Shown here in pieces: positions 38,901-47,728 of a DNA stretch of 64,000 bases. The notes beneath the pieces were generated by a model that was not told the origin of the DNA, did not search any database, and worked only from the letters and a program-made list of their open reading frames with translations. Made by a program: the position numbers and the translations under genes. Source of the stretch: Thermoplasmata archaeon (GTDB taxonomy: Archaea; Thermoplasmatota; Thermoplasmata; UBA10834); assembly GCA_038852315.1 (NCBI GenBank), contig JAWCKF010000001.1, positions 23,542 to 87,541 on the forward strand. The letters are read 5' to 3'. Positions within the stretch are counted from its first letter, which is position 1; each line of letters starts with the position of its first letter.

Positions 38901-39997
38901 TTGCGTTCAGCGCGGAGGACCACGAGGGCGACGGCCTGTATGAGTTCTACTCGCTCGCCGTAGACCTCGCTGGCAACGGTGAGACCGCGCCCGCCGGGAA
39001 CAAGTCATGGACGATAGTAGACACCGCGCTGCCGCTACTGACGATCACATGGCCGGTTCAGGGCGGCACCGTGGGAACAGCCTCCCTCACGGTGAACTGG
39101 ACCGCCAGCGACTCCGCCTCAGGCATATGGAAGTACTGGATCAGACTCGACGACGGCCCGTGGGTCGAGCTCCTGAACTCGTCGACCCAGATGTCGGTCC
39201 AGGTCGAGGTGACGCATGGGGAGCACACGATCAATGTCACCGCAACCGACAGAGCTGGATGGAACAGGTCTGTCTCGGTCACGTTCGGTGTTGACCTGAA
39301 CCCACCCGTTGTGACCATCACAACGCCCCTTGAAGGGCAGAGCTTGGCGAGTGCGGCTATCACGCTCCGCTGGTCTGCCTCCGACCAGGATTCAGGCATC
39401 GCATCTGTCGAAGTCAGCAGGGACGGGGTCGCGTGGCTCCAGGTGGGCGTGGCCGACACGGAGTACACGTTCTCCGCGCCTGCGGGGCTGCCCGAAGGTG
39501 AGCACACTGTCTGGATCAGAGTGACGGACAGAGGCGGCCTGGCGACCTATCGCTCGGCCACCGTCACGCTCGACAGGACTCCTCCGGTCGTCGCGATAAC
39601 ATATCCCCTGGACGGCGATACCGTTCGGCGGTCGACCATAACGGTCCGATGGCAGATGGCCGATTCGGGGAGCGGCGTCAAGACCGCCTACGTGTCTATC
39701 GACAAGGGCGTAATGCAGAACATCGGCGATGTGAGCTCGTTCGAGCTTTCGGACCTGACTGACGGAGAGCACGAGGTCAGGGTAAGGGTCGTGGACGAAG
39801 CGGGCAACGCGCAGGAGGTGTCGGTTAGCTTTACCGTTGACACTGGCGCGCGCATCAGCACGCTCCTCATCGGGGGCATCGCGATCGCCGTGATCGCTGC
39901 GGCTGCCATCGGCGCCGCACTGATGATGCGGAAGAAGAGGCCGGGAAAAGGTGAAGCGCCCGACGCAAGCTTGAAGGCCGGGGAGAACGAACCGTAG
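35987..39997 (+). CDS. giant integrin-alpha-like surface protein: signal peptide, about 7 FG-GAP repeats (beta-propeller), CarboxypepD_reg-like domains, duplicated Ig/fn3-like modules, C-terminal TM anchor
   Basis: DVNLDGISDLVVGAP, GDINGDGAHDLAIGAP, GDINKDGFDDLIAGAP etc. are FG-GAP motifs. Two near-identical repeats (...ATATDLNGIKEVQ(L/F)WYR.G...GDGLYEFYSLAVDLA.N.E.AP), then four repeats of a W.(G/A)SDS.SGI..Y...LD.G.W module. Ends with a TM helix and a RKKRPGKGE tail. Confidence 0.85.
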   Translation: MRPGSVDRTVSSLLAVCAILSSMTLALPGCAEGATVYGNASEYVDGNEAMQNLGRSVALADVNLDGISDLVVGAPYTTAGGMRNAGSVVIYASAAGVPMANVIVINGTSSWDLFGWTVADVGDINGDGAHDLAIGAPLADPGGRADAGTVYLFFAWAGFDGTCNSTIEGANEGEELGFALSAAGDINKDGFDDLIAGAPFYTSGTLAEAGRVYIYYGGSPMDKNPDRTFTGSSAGAHLGWSVSGGASVDGDTKMDVVAGAPGQGTAGAAYVIRNLDRTNPTVTVVTGKRAYENFSFSVALVPDLNGDLIGDIAIGAPTNSDNGSCAGAVYVLFGSSKFNTVVDMTLTGAPDEWFGWAVVSGDMREDGVSDLLVGAPNSRLNETAVGRAYVYFGGASISEAPNMTLVPDSGASFFGGSLAVGPNMTGDPAPDYAVGDPLFNVPGYPNAGRVYLYSGVHVVVPKNPVVKGHVYIPGTTVGLSGFTVTLESDNNAYSTTTDSSGAYELMAIPGTYWLNVSRTGYVPNSTTITLATNEVAVLDFYPLTVPYVRGTVRDAVSSTALRGATVALYAGGGLKAWMTTPANGSYWFWLPEDLVPPVGGSVTVTVAAWSSMHYTSSTDIILARNDSVVSSFALDRFPVVTGSVRDALFLSAIRNALVTANQGASVLAATVTDIRGEYEIVAVNATAGSLYLNVTASGYFRQTGSVAVEKNGTYTLNFILQVDNAPPSSQLATLPQYVTTENFTISATATDLNGIKEVQLWYRLGSSGAYAKYGSDYEPPYVFTFTSSAAGGDGLYEFYSLAVDLADNTEPAPATNDTWTFVDAHAPELAVSEPSEGAILPVSTVAVVWSGSDSGSGIVKYEVKLDSGEWVDKELSTSHEFASVGDGPHTVTVRASDFAGLQREISVHITVDTRAPTSAMSALPSVTASSNLTLAATATDLNGIKEVQFWYRYGGSGGFSLLGSDDSPPYELAFSAEDHEGDGLYEFYSLAVDLAGNGETAPAGNKSWTIVDTALPLLTITWPVQGGTVGTASLTVNWTASDSASGIWKYWIRLDDGPWVELLNSSTQMSVQVEVTHGEHTINVTATDRAGWNRSVSVTFGVDLNPPVVTITTPLEGQSLASAAITLRWSASDQDSGIASVEVSRDGVAWLQVGVADTEYTFSAPAGLPEGEHTVWIRVTDRGGLATYRSATVTLDRTPPVVAITYPLDGDTVRRSTITVRWQMADSGSGVKTAYVSIDKGVMQNIGDVSSFELSDLTDGEHEVRVRVVDEAGNAQEVSVSFTVDTGARISTLLIGGIAIAVIAAAAIGAALMMRKKRPGKGEAPDASLKAGENEP

Positions 39998-40057
39998 GTC
40001 CGCAGTGACGTGCGCAACCTGCAGGGCAGGCCATGCTGGCAACAGCCGACGGCTCCG

Positions 40058-41044
40058 TCAGACCAAGAGGAGAGGTTTTGTCGGCCTGAGGGAGTATCTC
40101 TTGCAGGTGTAGCAGTACCACTCGTTGTATTCCTTGATGAACTTCATCTCATGGCCGCAGGCAGGACAGCTTTTCTGGCCTTGGGCCGCTCCTCCGCGTT
40201 CCTTGGGGGCGTACTCCCTGCACTTGAAGCAGTAGTGCCTCTGGTATCTCTCAATGTACTTGAGCGGCTCTCCGCACTTCGCGCACGCGAGACCCTGCGA
40301 GGGTGCAGCGGGTGTCGTCGAGGGCGCACCTTTTCCAGACATCTTGTGGAACGGGTACTTCCTGCACGTGTAGCAGTAGTGCTCATTGTACTTCTCTATG
40401 AACTTGAGCTCGCTCCCGCAGTCAGGGCAGCGCTTGCTGGCAGGCGCAGAGCCAGGTGCACCCTCAGCCTCCTGCTTCGGTCCTTGCTCCTTCGGAGCAT
40501 ACTTCCTGCAGCCGTAGCAGTAATGCCTCTGATACTTCTCGATCCACTTGAGAGGCTGACCGCACGTGCCGCAAGTCCTCTCACGCGGTTCGGGTGCCTT
40601 CGCCACCTCAAGAGTTGCTGACGGAGCAGCTGCCGTCGACGACCCCAGCTGAGCCTGAGCGCCCTGAGAACACAGCGATGCAACGGCGCTGTCGAGCAGC
40701 GACTGAGGCTCGTTGGTTGACGTTGCCGGCGCCCTGATCTCGTCGGCGTATTCTTCGCATATGTAGCAGAACATCTTGCCGTCCCTTATCTCCTCAAGCT
40801 CAGCCCCGCACCTCGGACACGAGACGGCTTGGCCCTCGCGGTGGAGTGACCCTGGTTCGAGGACGGCTCCGGCACCATCAGGCTTTGCAGGGCCCACGTC
40901 TTCCGTGTTTGCCTCGGGCTGCACCTCGCTGTGTTCAGGACTTCCCTCTTCAAGATAGCTGTTGCAGCCATAGCAGTACCACTTCTCCATCTGCTCGATA
41001 AAGCGGGGTTCGTCACCGCACTTCGGGCACTTCGAAGCTTCCAT
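40058..41044 (-). CDS. protein composed of six tandem Cys4 zinc-ribbon modules separated by low-complexity linkers (function unknown)
   Basis: Six copies of C(P)xCGxx(L/P)(K/R)(F/W/Y)IE(K/R)Yxx(H/W)YC(Y/F)xCxxY, e.g. CPDCGSELKFIEKYNEHYCYTCRKY. ATG at 41044 (MEASKCPKCG). The ORF extension to 41104 is probably not translated. Confidence 0.7.
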   Translation of the reverse strand: MEASKCPKCGDEPRFIEQMEKWYCYGCNSYLEEGSPEHSEVQPEANTEDVGPAKPDGAGAVLEPGSLHREGQAVSCPRCGAELEEIRDGKMFCYICEEYADEIRAPATSTNEPQSLLDSAVASLCSQGAQAQLGSSTAAAPSATLEVAKAPEPRERTCGTCGQPLKWIEKYQRHYCYGCRKYAPKEQGPKQEAEGAPGSAPASKRCPDCGSELKFIEKYNEHYCYTCRKYPFHKMSGKGAPSTTPAAPSQGLACAKCGEPLKYIERYQRHYCFKCREYAPKERGGAAQGQKSCPACGHEMKFIKEYNEWYCYTCKRYSLRPTKPLLLV

Positions 41045-41265
41045 CTCGGACACGCTCCGCTGACAGGACTGTCTTCGGACGCCTGTCACACTCGTGAGAA
41101 TCACCGGCCCAGTGCGTATTTAACCGTGTTTTCCTGGATATCAGCCATGATAACGCTCCGTCAGGTATCGCGTAGCCTACATGTATCCGTGCAGACAAAT
41201 AGCGAGGGTCATATTGTGAGCCAGGGCCGACAAGGGCTGGATGGGCAAGGCAGGTGTGCAGGAAG

Positions 41266-41751
41266 ATGGCATATAAGACTCGAACCAGGGGTTTCAGAGC
41301 GGACATGGCCGGTGGTATAGAGGGCCTGCCACTTCAGCTGCTGATAATGGTCGTGGTGGCGGGACTCGGTCTGACGATCATAATGGGCTGGATGAACTCG
41401 ATAGAGCCTCCCAAGGCGATCGGCGACGTGTATGTCACACCGTCGGAGATTCTGGTCCACGACAGCGACGGAGACGGCATCTACACGGCTTCTAACATCG
41501 TGGTGTCCGTAACAGTGACAGACCAGGACGGAGACCGGCTTGAAGGTGCCACCGTCGTTCTGGACGGCGCGGGGATAAGGGACGGGAACGGCAAGACGGT
41601 GAGAGGGACAACCAACGACCGCGGCCAGGTCGTCTTCACAGGGCTGACGCTGGAGCACTTCGGTTCGCGCATGGCGACCGTGACGGTGACCGTGGCAAAG
41701 GGCGATTACGGGATAGACTCGAGCTACGAGATACCGGTCATCCCGAGCTGA
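41266..41751 (+). CDS. small secreted/pilin-like protein with a class-III-signal-peptide-like N-terminus
   Basis: MAYKTRTRGFRADMAGGIEGLPLQLLIMVVVAGLGLTII: a basic segment, then G-x-E-G-L-P, then a hydrophobic helix (prepilin-like). Ser/Thr/Gly/Asp-rich beta-type body. Confidence 0.5.
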   Translation: MAYKTRTRGFRADMAGGIEGLPLQLLIMVVVAGLGLTIIMGWMNSIEPPKAIGDVYVTPSEILVHDSDGDGIYTASNIVVSVTVTDQDGDRLEGATVVLDGAGIRDGNGKTVRGTTNDRGQVVFTGLTLEHFGSRMATVTVTVAKGDYGIDSSYEIPVIPS

Positions 41752-41757
41752 GCATAC

Positions 41758-42231
41758 ATGGCGCTGAAGGACGACCCTGCTGGCATGGAATCGCTCCCCA
41801 TGAGACTCATGGTGGTGGCGGTCGTCGTCTCGATGTCCGTCGTGCCCGCTGCGGGGGCGCTCGAGGCGTTTCAGCACAGGGAGTTCCTCGTACGCGCGGG
41901 CACCCAGATGGACATGGTCGTGGCCGCTGCTCAAATCCTCGCCGTGGAGGGACCTGGCTCCGCGAGGACGCTCGACGTGGACCTCTCGACCGGAGGCTCC
42001 CTCAGCCTGGTGAGCATCATCATAGGCGACAGGCCCGGCGGTCCCAATGCGTCGTCCGTCGTCCTAAGGTTGTCCGACGGTGCATCACTGGTGAGGTGTG
42101 CCTCCGACCCTCCCGTGACGCTGTCCGGCCCAGCGATGTCCGCGCTCGTGCTGACATGCCCACGCTTCGCGCTACGCCTGTCTGCGCACATCTCGGGCAT
42201 CGATGTCATCGTAATCGCGGAGGTGGTTTGA
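41758..42231 (+). CDS. second pilin-like small protein (paralogous N-terminus to 41266)
   Basis: MALKDDPAGMESLPMRLMVVAVVVSMSVV shares the G(I/M)E(G/S)LP(L/M)(Q/R)L(L/M)(I/V).VVV motif with the preceding gene. Starts 7 nt after its stop. Confidence 0.5.
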   Translation: MALKDDPAGMESLPMRLMVVAVVVSMSVVPAAGALEAFQHREFLVRAGTQMDMVVAAAQILAVEGPGSARTLDVDLSTGGSLSLVSIIIGDRPGGPNASSVVLRLSDGASLVRCASDPPVTLSGPAMSALVLTCPRFALRLSAHISGIDVIVIAEVV

Positions 42232-42252
42232 GCGGACTTCATCATCTCGAAG

Positions 42253-42699
42253 GTGCTGATGTCCATCTGCGCCCTGATGGTCGCCTCGGTACTCGCCGCC
42301 CTCTACGCGCCCCGTGACCTGAACGGCGCTGCCTCGGAGGTGGCAGCCGCCCTCGATAGATTCGCGGCGATGGCCGATGGCCTTCTCATGACCCGGGCAG
42401 AAAGTTCAGTCTGCTGGCAGGTGCCGTTCACCTCAGGAGGAGGGGTCATCATCATTGAGACAAACGGACGTTTTCTGAGCGCGAGCGACGGAACCACGAG
42501 GTGCATGGCGCAGCCGCACACGCCCATTCGGACCTGGACGCTGGCCGCACCGCACCTGAACCAGTCTGAGATCGCCGAGCTTGACAAGCAGGCGGCCACT
42601 GCCTCATTCTCCTCGGGAGAGTGCGTTGAGTTGTTCACGGTCTTCGCGACGATAGAGGATCGGGAAGAGCTGCTCGTGTTCTGTAGGTTGGGGAGCTAG
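42253..42699 (+). CDS. third small N-terminally hydrophobic protein in the pilin-like operon
   Basis: MLMSICALMVASVLAALYAP, then a soluble domain. GTG/ATG start 20 nt after the previous stop. Same strand and tight spacing. Confidence 0.4.
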   Translation: MLMSICALMVASVLAALYAPRDLNGAASEVAAALDRFAAMADGLLMTRAESSVCWQVPFTSGGGVIIIETNGRFLSASDGTTRCMAQPHTPIRTWTLAAPHLNQSEIAELDKQAATASFSSGECVELFTVFATIEDREELLVFCRLGS

Positions 42700-43919
42700 C
42701 GCTCTCGGGAGAACCTCAGTGCCAGATCGGCAACCGCTTCCGAGAAGATGTCCGCCTCCTCAGCCGTGTTGTAGATGTACACGGACGCGCGCGCACATCC
42801 TTCTATCTTGCGGGCGTGGAAGAATGGATGGCAGCAGTGCATGCCTGAGCGCATCATGATGTTCCTCGAATTGTCCATTATCATGGCGACGTCGTGGGGC
42901 GAGAGCCCGTCTATGTTGAAGCTGAATATTCCCGACCGAAGGTTCGGGTCCTCGGGACCGACGATGCTGACGCCTGCCACCGACATGAGCCGTCGTGTTA
43001 TGCGCCTGTTCAGCGCGACCTCGTGCGCCTGTATCTCCTCCAGACCTATTCTTGAAATGTAGTCTATTGCTGCGCCTGTCCCTACGATGCCTGAATAGTT
43101 CTGGAGACCTGTCTCGAACCTCTCGGGCGCCGGCAGCAGATCGTAAGAATCATATGTCGTGTCGGTGACGCCGTGCCCTCCGTACATCATGGGCCTCAGC
43201 CGTTCAGCCAGCTCGGCTCGGCAGTAGAAAAGCCCCACCCCAGATGGGCCGCACATCTTGTGCGCGGACGCGGCGAGGTAGTCGACGCCGAGGGCGCGCA
43301 CATCGATGCGTCTGCTGGGAGCCGCCTGGGCAGCATCGAACAGCACCTTCGCCCCGACTGAGTGTGCCAACTGGACCACTTCCCTCGCAGGCAAGGTGAA
43401 TCCCGTGACGTTCGAAGTGAGGCACATAGCCACGAGCGCGGTCCTCTTGCTCAGGACGCGCTCGAACGCCTCGATGTCGAAGACGCCCTCATGGGAGGAC
43501 CGAACAATCTTGTGCTTCACGCCGAAGAGCTCCACAGCCCTCAGAACGGGCACGTGTATGGAGTTGTGCTCGTAGTCCGTCGTGACTATCTCGTCGCCCT
43601 TCTTGAGGCCGGAGCACAGAATGACCGTATTGCAACCCTCGGTCGTGTTCTTCATGAAGGCTATCTCGTGCGGGCTCTCCGCGTTGAAGAACTCAGCCAC
43701 GCGTGCCCTCACTGCGTCGCACCTCAGCGATACCTCTGTAGCGAGCTTGTGGACGCTCCTGCCAGCGCATGCGGGGAAGGAGTCGTAGTACTCCCTAACT
43801 GCCTCCGTCACCTGGCGCGGCCTGAGCGTCTGGCATGCATTGTCGAAGTATATCGGGGGCTTGCCCTCGATGTCCATCCCAAGGACCGGGAAGTCCGGGC
43901 GGATCTTCTTGGGATCCAT
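42696..43919 (-). CDS. cysteine desulfurase, class-V aminotransferase (SufS/CsdA-like)
   Basis: MDPKKIRPDFPVLGMDIEGKPPIYFDNACQTLRPRQV is the typical SufS-family N-terminus. About 407 aa. Confidence 0.75.
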   Translation of the reverse strand: MDPKKIRPDFPVLGMDIEGKPPIYFDNACQTLRPRQVTEAVREYYDSFPACAGRSVHKLATEVSLRCDAVRARVAEFFNAESPHEIAFMKNTTEGCNTVILCSGLKKGDEIVTTDYEHNSIHVPVLRAVELFGVKHKIVRSSHEGVFDIEAFERVLSKRTALVAMCLTSNVTGFTLPAREVVQLAHSVGAKVLFDAAQAAPSRRIDVRALGVDYLAASAHKMCGPSGVGLFYCRAELAERLRPMMYGGHGVTDTTYDSYDLLPAPERFETGLQNYSGIVGTGAAIDYISRIGLEEIQAHEVALNRRITRRLMSVAGVSIVGPEDPNLRSGIFSFNIDGLSPHDVAMIMDNSRNIMMRSGMHCCHPFFHARKIEGCARASVYIYNTAEEADIFSEAVADLALRFSRER

Positions 43920-44034
43920 AGGTTCAGGCGGGGATTGCACTGGCCGGTATTAGTCGTTTCCTGGTCCGACATCCCTACCGGTCACAACGCTGGAAAACCC
44001 TTAAGATGGTCAGGCCGCATCACCCTCGGTTGTA

Positions 44035-45249
44035 ATGACCAGCAGCACTTCCAGGAGGATATACTTCGACCACAGCGCCACCACGCATGTGCTCCCTGAG
44101 GTGCACGAGGCCATGGTCCCGTACTTCCTCCAGAAGTTCGGCAACCCGTCGAGCATACACGCTTACGGCCGGGAAGCGAAGGAGGGCTTGGAGAAGGCCA
44201 GGGAGCAGGTCGCGGCCCTCATCAACGCCGACCCCAGCGAGATCGTGTTCACATCGGGTGGAACGGAATCCGACAACCTGGCCATCAAGGGCGTGGCGAC
44301 CTACAAGGGCAAGAGCAAGGGCCACATAATAACCACAGCGATTGAACACCATGCAGTCCTCGAGCCCTGCGAGCACCTCAGGCGGCTGGGGTTCGAGGTC
44401 ACCTATGTTCCCGTATCCGCAGAGGGCCTAGTGGACCCTGGAGAGGTCGAACGTGCCATAAGGAACGACACGGTGCTCATATCCGTCATGACTGCGAACA
44501 ACGAGATAGGCACCATCCAGCCAATAAGGGAGATCGGCAATATCGCCTCCGCCAGGGGCATCCCTTTCCACACAGATGCGGTCCAGGCGATAGGGAAGCT
44601 CAAGGTAGACGTGAAGGCCGACCACATAGACCTTCTCTCGCTCTCCGCCCACAAGTTCCATGGCCCCAAAGGCGTGGGAGCCCTGTACGTGAGAAGGGGC
44701 ACGAAGCTCGAGCCCATAATCCACGGAGGAGGACAGGAGAGAGGGCTGCGCTCCTCCACTGTGAACGTGGCGGGCGCGGTCGGACTCGGCAAGGCGGCCG
44801 AGATAGCGAAGCGAGACCTTGAATCCACGAGCAGCAGGATGGCCAAGCTCAGGGACAGGATGATCAGGACTGTTCCAGAGGTCGTACCGAACTCCTACGT
44901 GAACGGCCACCTCACCAGACGGCTTGCTAACAACGCCCACTTCCGGTTCGACTTCATAGAGGGTGAAGGGCTGGTGCTCCAGCTCGATTTCAAGGGCATC
45001 GCGGCGTCCACTGGCTCCGCATGCTCGACTGGCTCGCTCGAGCCGTCCCATGTTCTCCTCGCGCTGGGATTGACACACGAGCAGGCCCACGGCAGCCTCA
45101 GGATCACACTTGGACGGGAAAACACTGAAGAGGAGGTAGACTACTTCCTAGAGGTGCTGCCCGGCGTGGTCTCGAAGCTGAGGGAGATATCCCCCTTCGG
45201 CCCCGGAAGGCCAATGCGGCCGGCAGAAGGTGGAAGCTGTGTACAGTGA
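44035..45249 (+). CDS. iscS: cysteine desulfurase IscS/NifS
   Basis: RIYFDHSATTHVLPEVHEAMVPYF...SGGTESDNLAIKG..SAHKFHGPKG is canonical IscS, including the PLP-Lys region and the catalytic Cys loop (STGSACS). Confidence 0.85.
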   Translation: MTSSTSRRIYFDHSATTHVLPEVHEAMVPYFLQKFGNPSSIHAYGREAKEGLEKAREQVAALINADPSEIVFTSGGTESDNLAIKGVATYKGKSKGHIITTAIEHHAVLEPCEHLRRLGFEVTYVPVSAEGLVDPGEVERAIRNDTVLISVMTANNEIGTIQPIREIGNIASARGIPFHTDAVQAIGKLKVDVKADHIDLLSLSAHKFHGPKGVGALYVRRGTKLEPIIHGGGQERGLRSSTVNVAGAVGLGKAAEIAKRDLESTSSRMAKLRDRMIRTVPEVVPNSYVNGHLTRRLANNAHFRFDFIEGEGLVLQLDFKGIAASTGSACSTGSLEPSHVLLALGLTHEQAHGSLRITLGRENTEEEVDYFLEVLPGVVSKLREISPFGPGRPMRPAEGGSCVQ

Positions 45250-45619
45250 GAAGGTGATGGAGCACTTCGCCAACCCGAGGAACGTCGGGGAGATACCGGA
45301 TGCGGACGGGGTCGGCAAAGTGGGCAACCCGCAGTGCGGAGATGTGATGTGGCTGTACATAAAGGTCAAGGACGGTGTCATCACGGACATCAAGTTCAAG
45401 ACATTCGGTTGCGGGGCGGCGATCGCCACGAGCTCGATGATAACGGAGCTGGCAAAGGGCAAGACTATAGAGGAGGCAAAGAAGATCTCCAGACAGGACG
45501 TGGCCGAGTCGCTTGACGGCCTCCCGCCGCAGAAGATGCACTGCTCTAACCTAGCGGCTGATGCGCTCAGGGAGGCCATAAAGGACTACGAGGCCAAGAT
45601 GGCGGCAAAGAAGGGCTGA
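45230..45619 (+). CDS. iscU: Fe-S cluster assembly scaffold IscU/NifU-like
   Basis: YSEKVMEHFANPRNVG..GNPQCGDVM..FGCGAAIATSS..MHCSNLAADAL contains the three conserved Cys and the HFxNPRN motif. GTG start overlaps the iscS 3' end. Confidence 0.85.
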   Translation: MEAVYSEKVMEHFANPRNVGEIPDADGVGKVGNPQCGDVMWLYIKVKDGVITDIKFKTFGCGAAIATSSMITELAKGKTIEEAKKISRQDVAESLDGLPPQKMHCSNLAADALREAIKDYEAKMAAKKG

Positions 45620-45672
45620 CGCGGACCGGGAAAAGTTCTAGTAGCCGGCCCGGCAATCTCGCCGAGAGCCCG

Positions 45673-46590
45673 ATGGTAGACCTCTCGGTTGAGATATGCG
45701 GCCTGCGCCTCAGGAACCCGACGATGCTCGCATCGGGCGTTCTTGACGAGACCGGGAAGAGCATGGTCGCCGTCGCGAGAAGCGGCGCTGGAGCCGTGGT
45801 GACCAAGTCAATAGGACTCGAATCAAGAGAGGGCCATCCGAATCCCACCGTTGTCGAGCTCGAGCACGGCCTCCTGAACGCCATGGGCCTCCCGAACCCC
45901 GGCATAGAGGTCTTCGCTGAAGAGATCCGCGTGGCAAAGAAAGCCAAGGTGCCGATTGTGGGGAGCGTCTTCGGAGGAACCGCGGAGGAGATTGCGGAGG
46001 TAGCGCGACGGATGGGGCAGGCAGGGGCCGATGCCATCGAGCTGAACCTGAGCTGTCCGCACGCCAAAGGCTTGGGGGCCGAGATAGGTTCGTCGCCGGA
46101 AGGTGTAGAGCTCATCTGCAGGCGTGCGAAGGAGGTCAGCGGCGTGCCTGTCTTCGCGAAGCTGACTCCGAACACGTCGTCCGTAGCAGACCTGGCACTC
46201 GCGGCAGAGCGGGGAGGAGCGGACGGCATAGTCGCTATAAACACGCTCAAGGCGATGTCCATCTCCGCCGAGGCCAGAAGACCTGTGCTGGGGAACTTGG
46301 TAGGTGGATTGTCCGGCCCCGCACTCAAGCCTGTGGGTCTCAGGTGCGTCTATGAGATCTTCGAGGCTGTCAAGATACCGGTCATCGGTGTCGGGGGCGT
46401 CACGACGGGCAGGGACGCGGTCGAGTACATCATGGCGGGTGCGAGGGCTGTGCAGATCGGCACGGCCGTGTGGCTCAGGGGGCCTCAGGTGTTCAAGCTC
46501 GTATGCGATGAATTGAGGGCTCTGATGAAGGAGCTCGGATACGAGTCTGTCTCTGAGATGGTGGGGGTGGCGCACCCTGGCAGGCATTAG
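45673..46590 (+). CDS. pyrD: dihydroorotate dehydrogenase catalytic subunit (class 1B)
   Basis: VEICGLRLRNPTMLASGV..NAMGLPNPGIEVF is canonical PyrD. 305 aa. Followed by pyrK. Confidence 0.85.
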   Translation: MVDLSVEICGLRLRNPTMLASGVLDETGKSMVAVARSGAGAVVTKSIGLESREGHPNPTVVELEHGLLNAMGLPNPGIEVFAEEIRVAKKAKVPIVGSVFGGTAEEIAEVARRMGQAGADAIELNLSCPHAKGLGAEIGSSPEGVELICRRAKEVSGVPVFAKLTPNTSSVADLALAAERGGADGIVAINTLKAMSISAEARRPVLGNLVGGLSGPALKPVGLRCVYEIFEAVKIPVIGVGGVTTGRDAVEYIMAGARAVQIGTAVWLRGPQVFKLVCDELRALMKELGYESVSEMVGVAHPGRH

Positions 46591-46591
46591 G

Positions 46592-47356
46592 ATGCTGAGG
46601 ATCGTAAGACAGGTGGAGGAGACGCCGTCCATAAGGACCGTGATGCTCGACGCCCCCTCTGCTGCCGTCCCCGGGCAGTTCGTGATGGTCTGGGTTCCAG
46701 AGGTCGACGAGTTTCCCATGTCGGTCTCGTACATCGGCCGCACCATGGGCATCACGTATCAGGTCGTCGGCGACGGCACGAGAGCGTTGGCTGCGATGGA
46801 GCCAGGAGAGTTCGTCGGCCTCAGGGGGCCGTACGGGAGAGGGTTCAGCCTCGTCGGACGAAGAGTGCTCATTGTGGCAGGCGGGACAGGTATGGCTCCC
46901 CTCGCACCGCTCGTGGCTCAGGGCGTGCGCGCCCGCACAAAGGTCGATGTCGTGATAGGGGCTAGATCCGCTGACGAACTTCTGTTCGTCTCGAGAGCTG
47001 CGCGCACAGGCGCGAGCGTTCATGTCGCTACCGATGACGGATCGCGGGGCTTCAGGGGTTTCGCGAGCGAGCTCGCGGGCGAGCTGATCGGGAAGAACCA
47101 CTACGATGCCGTCTACGCCTGCGGTCCAGAGCGGATGATCGTGAGGATGGTCAGGATATGCTCGAGGATGGGCGTTCCCCTCCAGGCCTCGCTCGAGCGC
47201 GTGATGAGATGCGGTATCGGGCTCTGCGACTCCTGTGCAATCGACGGTGTGCACGTATGCCGCGACGGGCCGGTCTTCGGTTTGAGCGAGCTCAGACGGT
47301 TCAAGGATCTCGGCAGGACGAAACTCGACCTGGCAGGTCGAAGGACGCCTGTCTGA
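46592..47356 (+). CDS. pyrK: dihydroorotate dehydrogenase electron-transfer subunit
   Basis: FAD/NAD-binding ferredoxin-reductase fold and a C-terminal Cys cluster (CGIGLCDSCAIDGVHVCRDGP). Starts 2 nt after pyrD. Confidence 0.8.
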   Translation: MLRIVRQVEETPSIRTVMLDAPSAAVPGQFVMVWVPEVDEFPMSVSYIGRTMGITYQVVGDGTRALAAMEPGEFVGLRGPYGRGFSLVGRRVLIVAGGTGMAPLAPLVAQGVRARTKVDVVIGARSADELLFVSRAARTGASVHVATDDGSRGFRGFASELAGELIGKNHYDAVYACGPERMIVRMVRICSRMGVPLQASLERVMRCGIGLCDSCAIDGVHVCRDGPVFGLSELRRFKDLGRTKLDLAGRRTPV

Positions 47357-47728
47357 CCTGGTTGGAGGAGTGCGCCGTTCGTCTGACGATGTCGTCTGCC
47401 GCTCTCATGCGAGGGTCTTGCTGGCCATCCTTCGCCATCGGCGTGTCGGGCGCGCGACTTTCGGTTGCGGACCGGGCATCCCACCAAAAAGTCGTCGTTC
47501 CCAAAACCGATTTGTACCTGGAAAGACCACACGGTACGCGAGGGATACCTTGCCAGAAAGGGTTTCGACTTGGAACCAGAAGTACCTTCAGATCGAGACT
47601 TCGTGCCGCACCACGTACCACTGCGTTCCCTGCACGTACCCGAACTGCCAGCGCAACTTGAAGCTGAAGAAGATCGCTCTCAAGTCGTTCGGCAGAGCAT
47701 GATGGGATGGGGGACGCGTTCTGACAGG

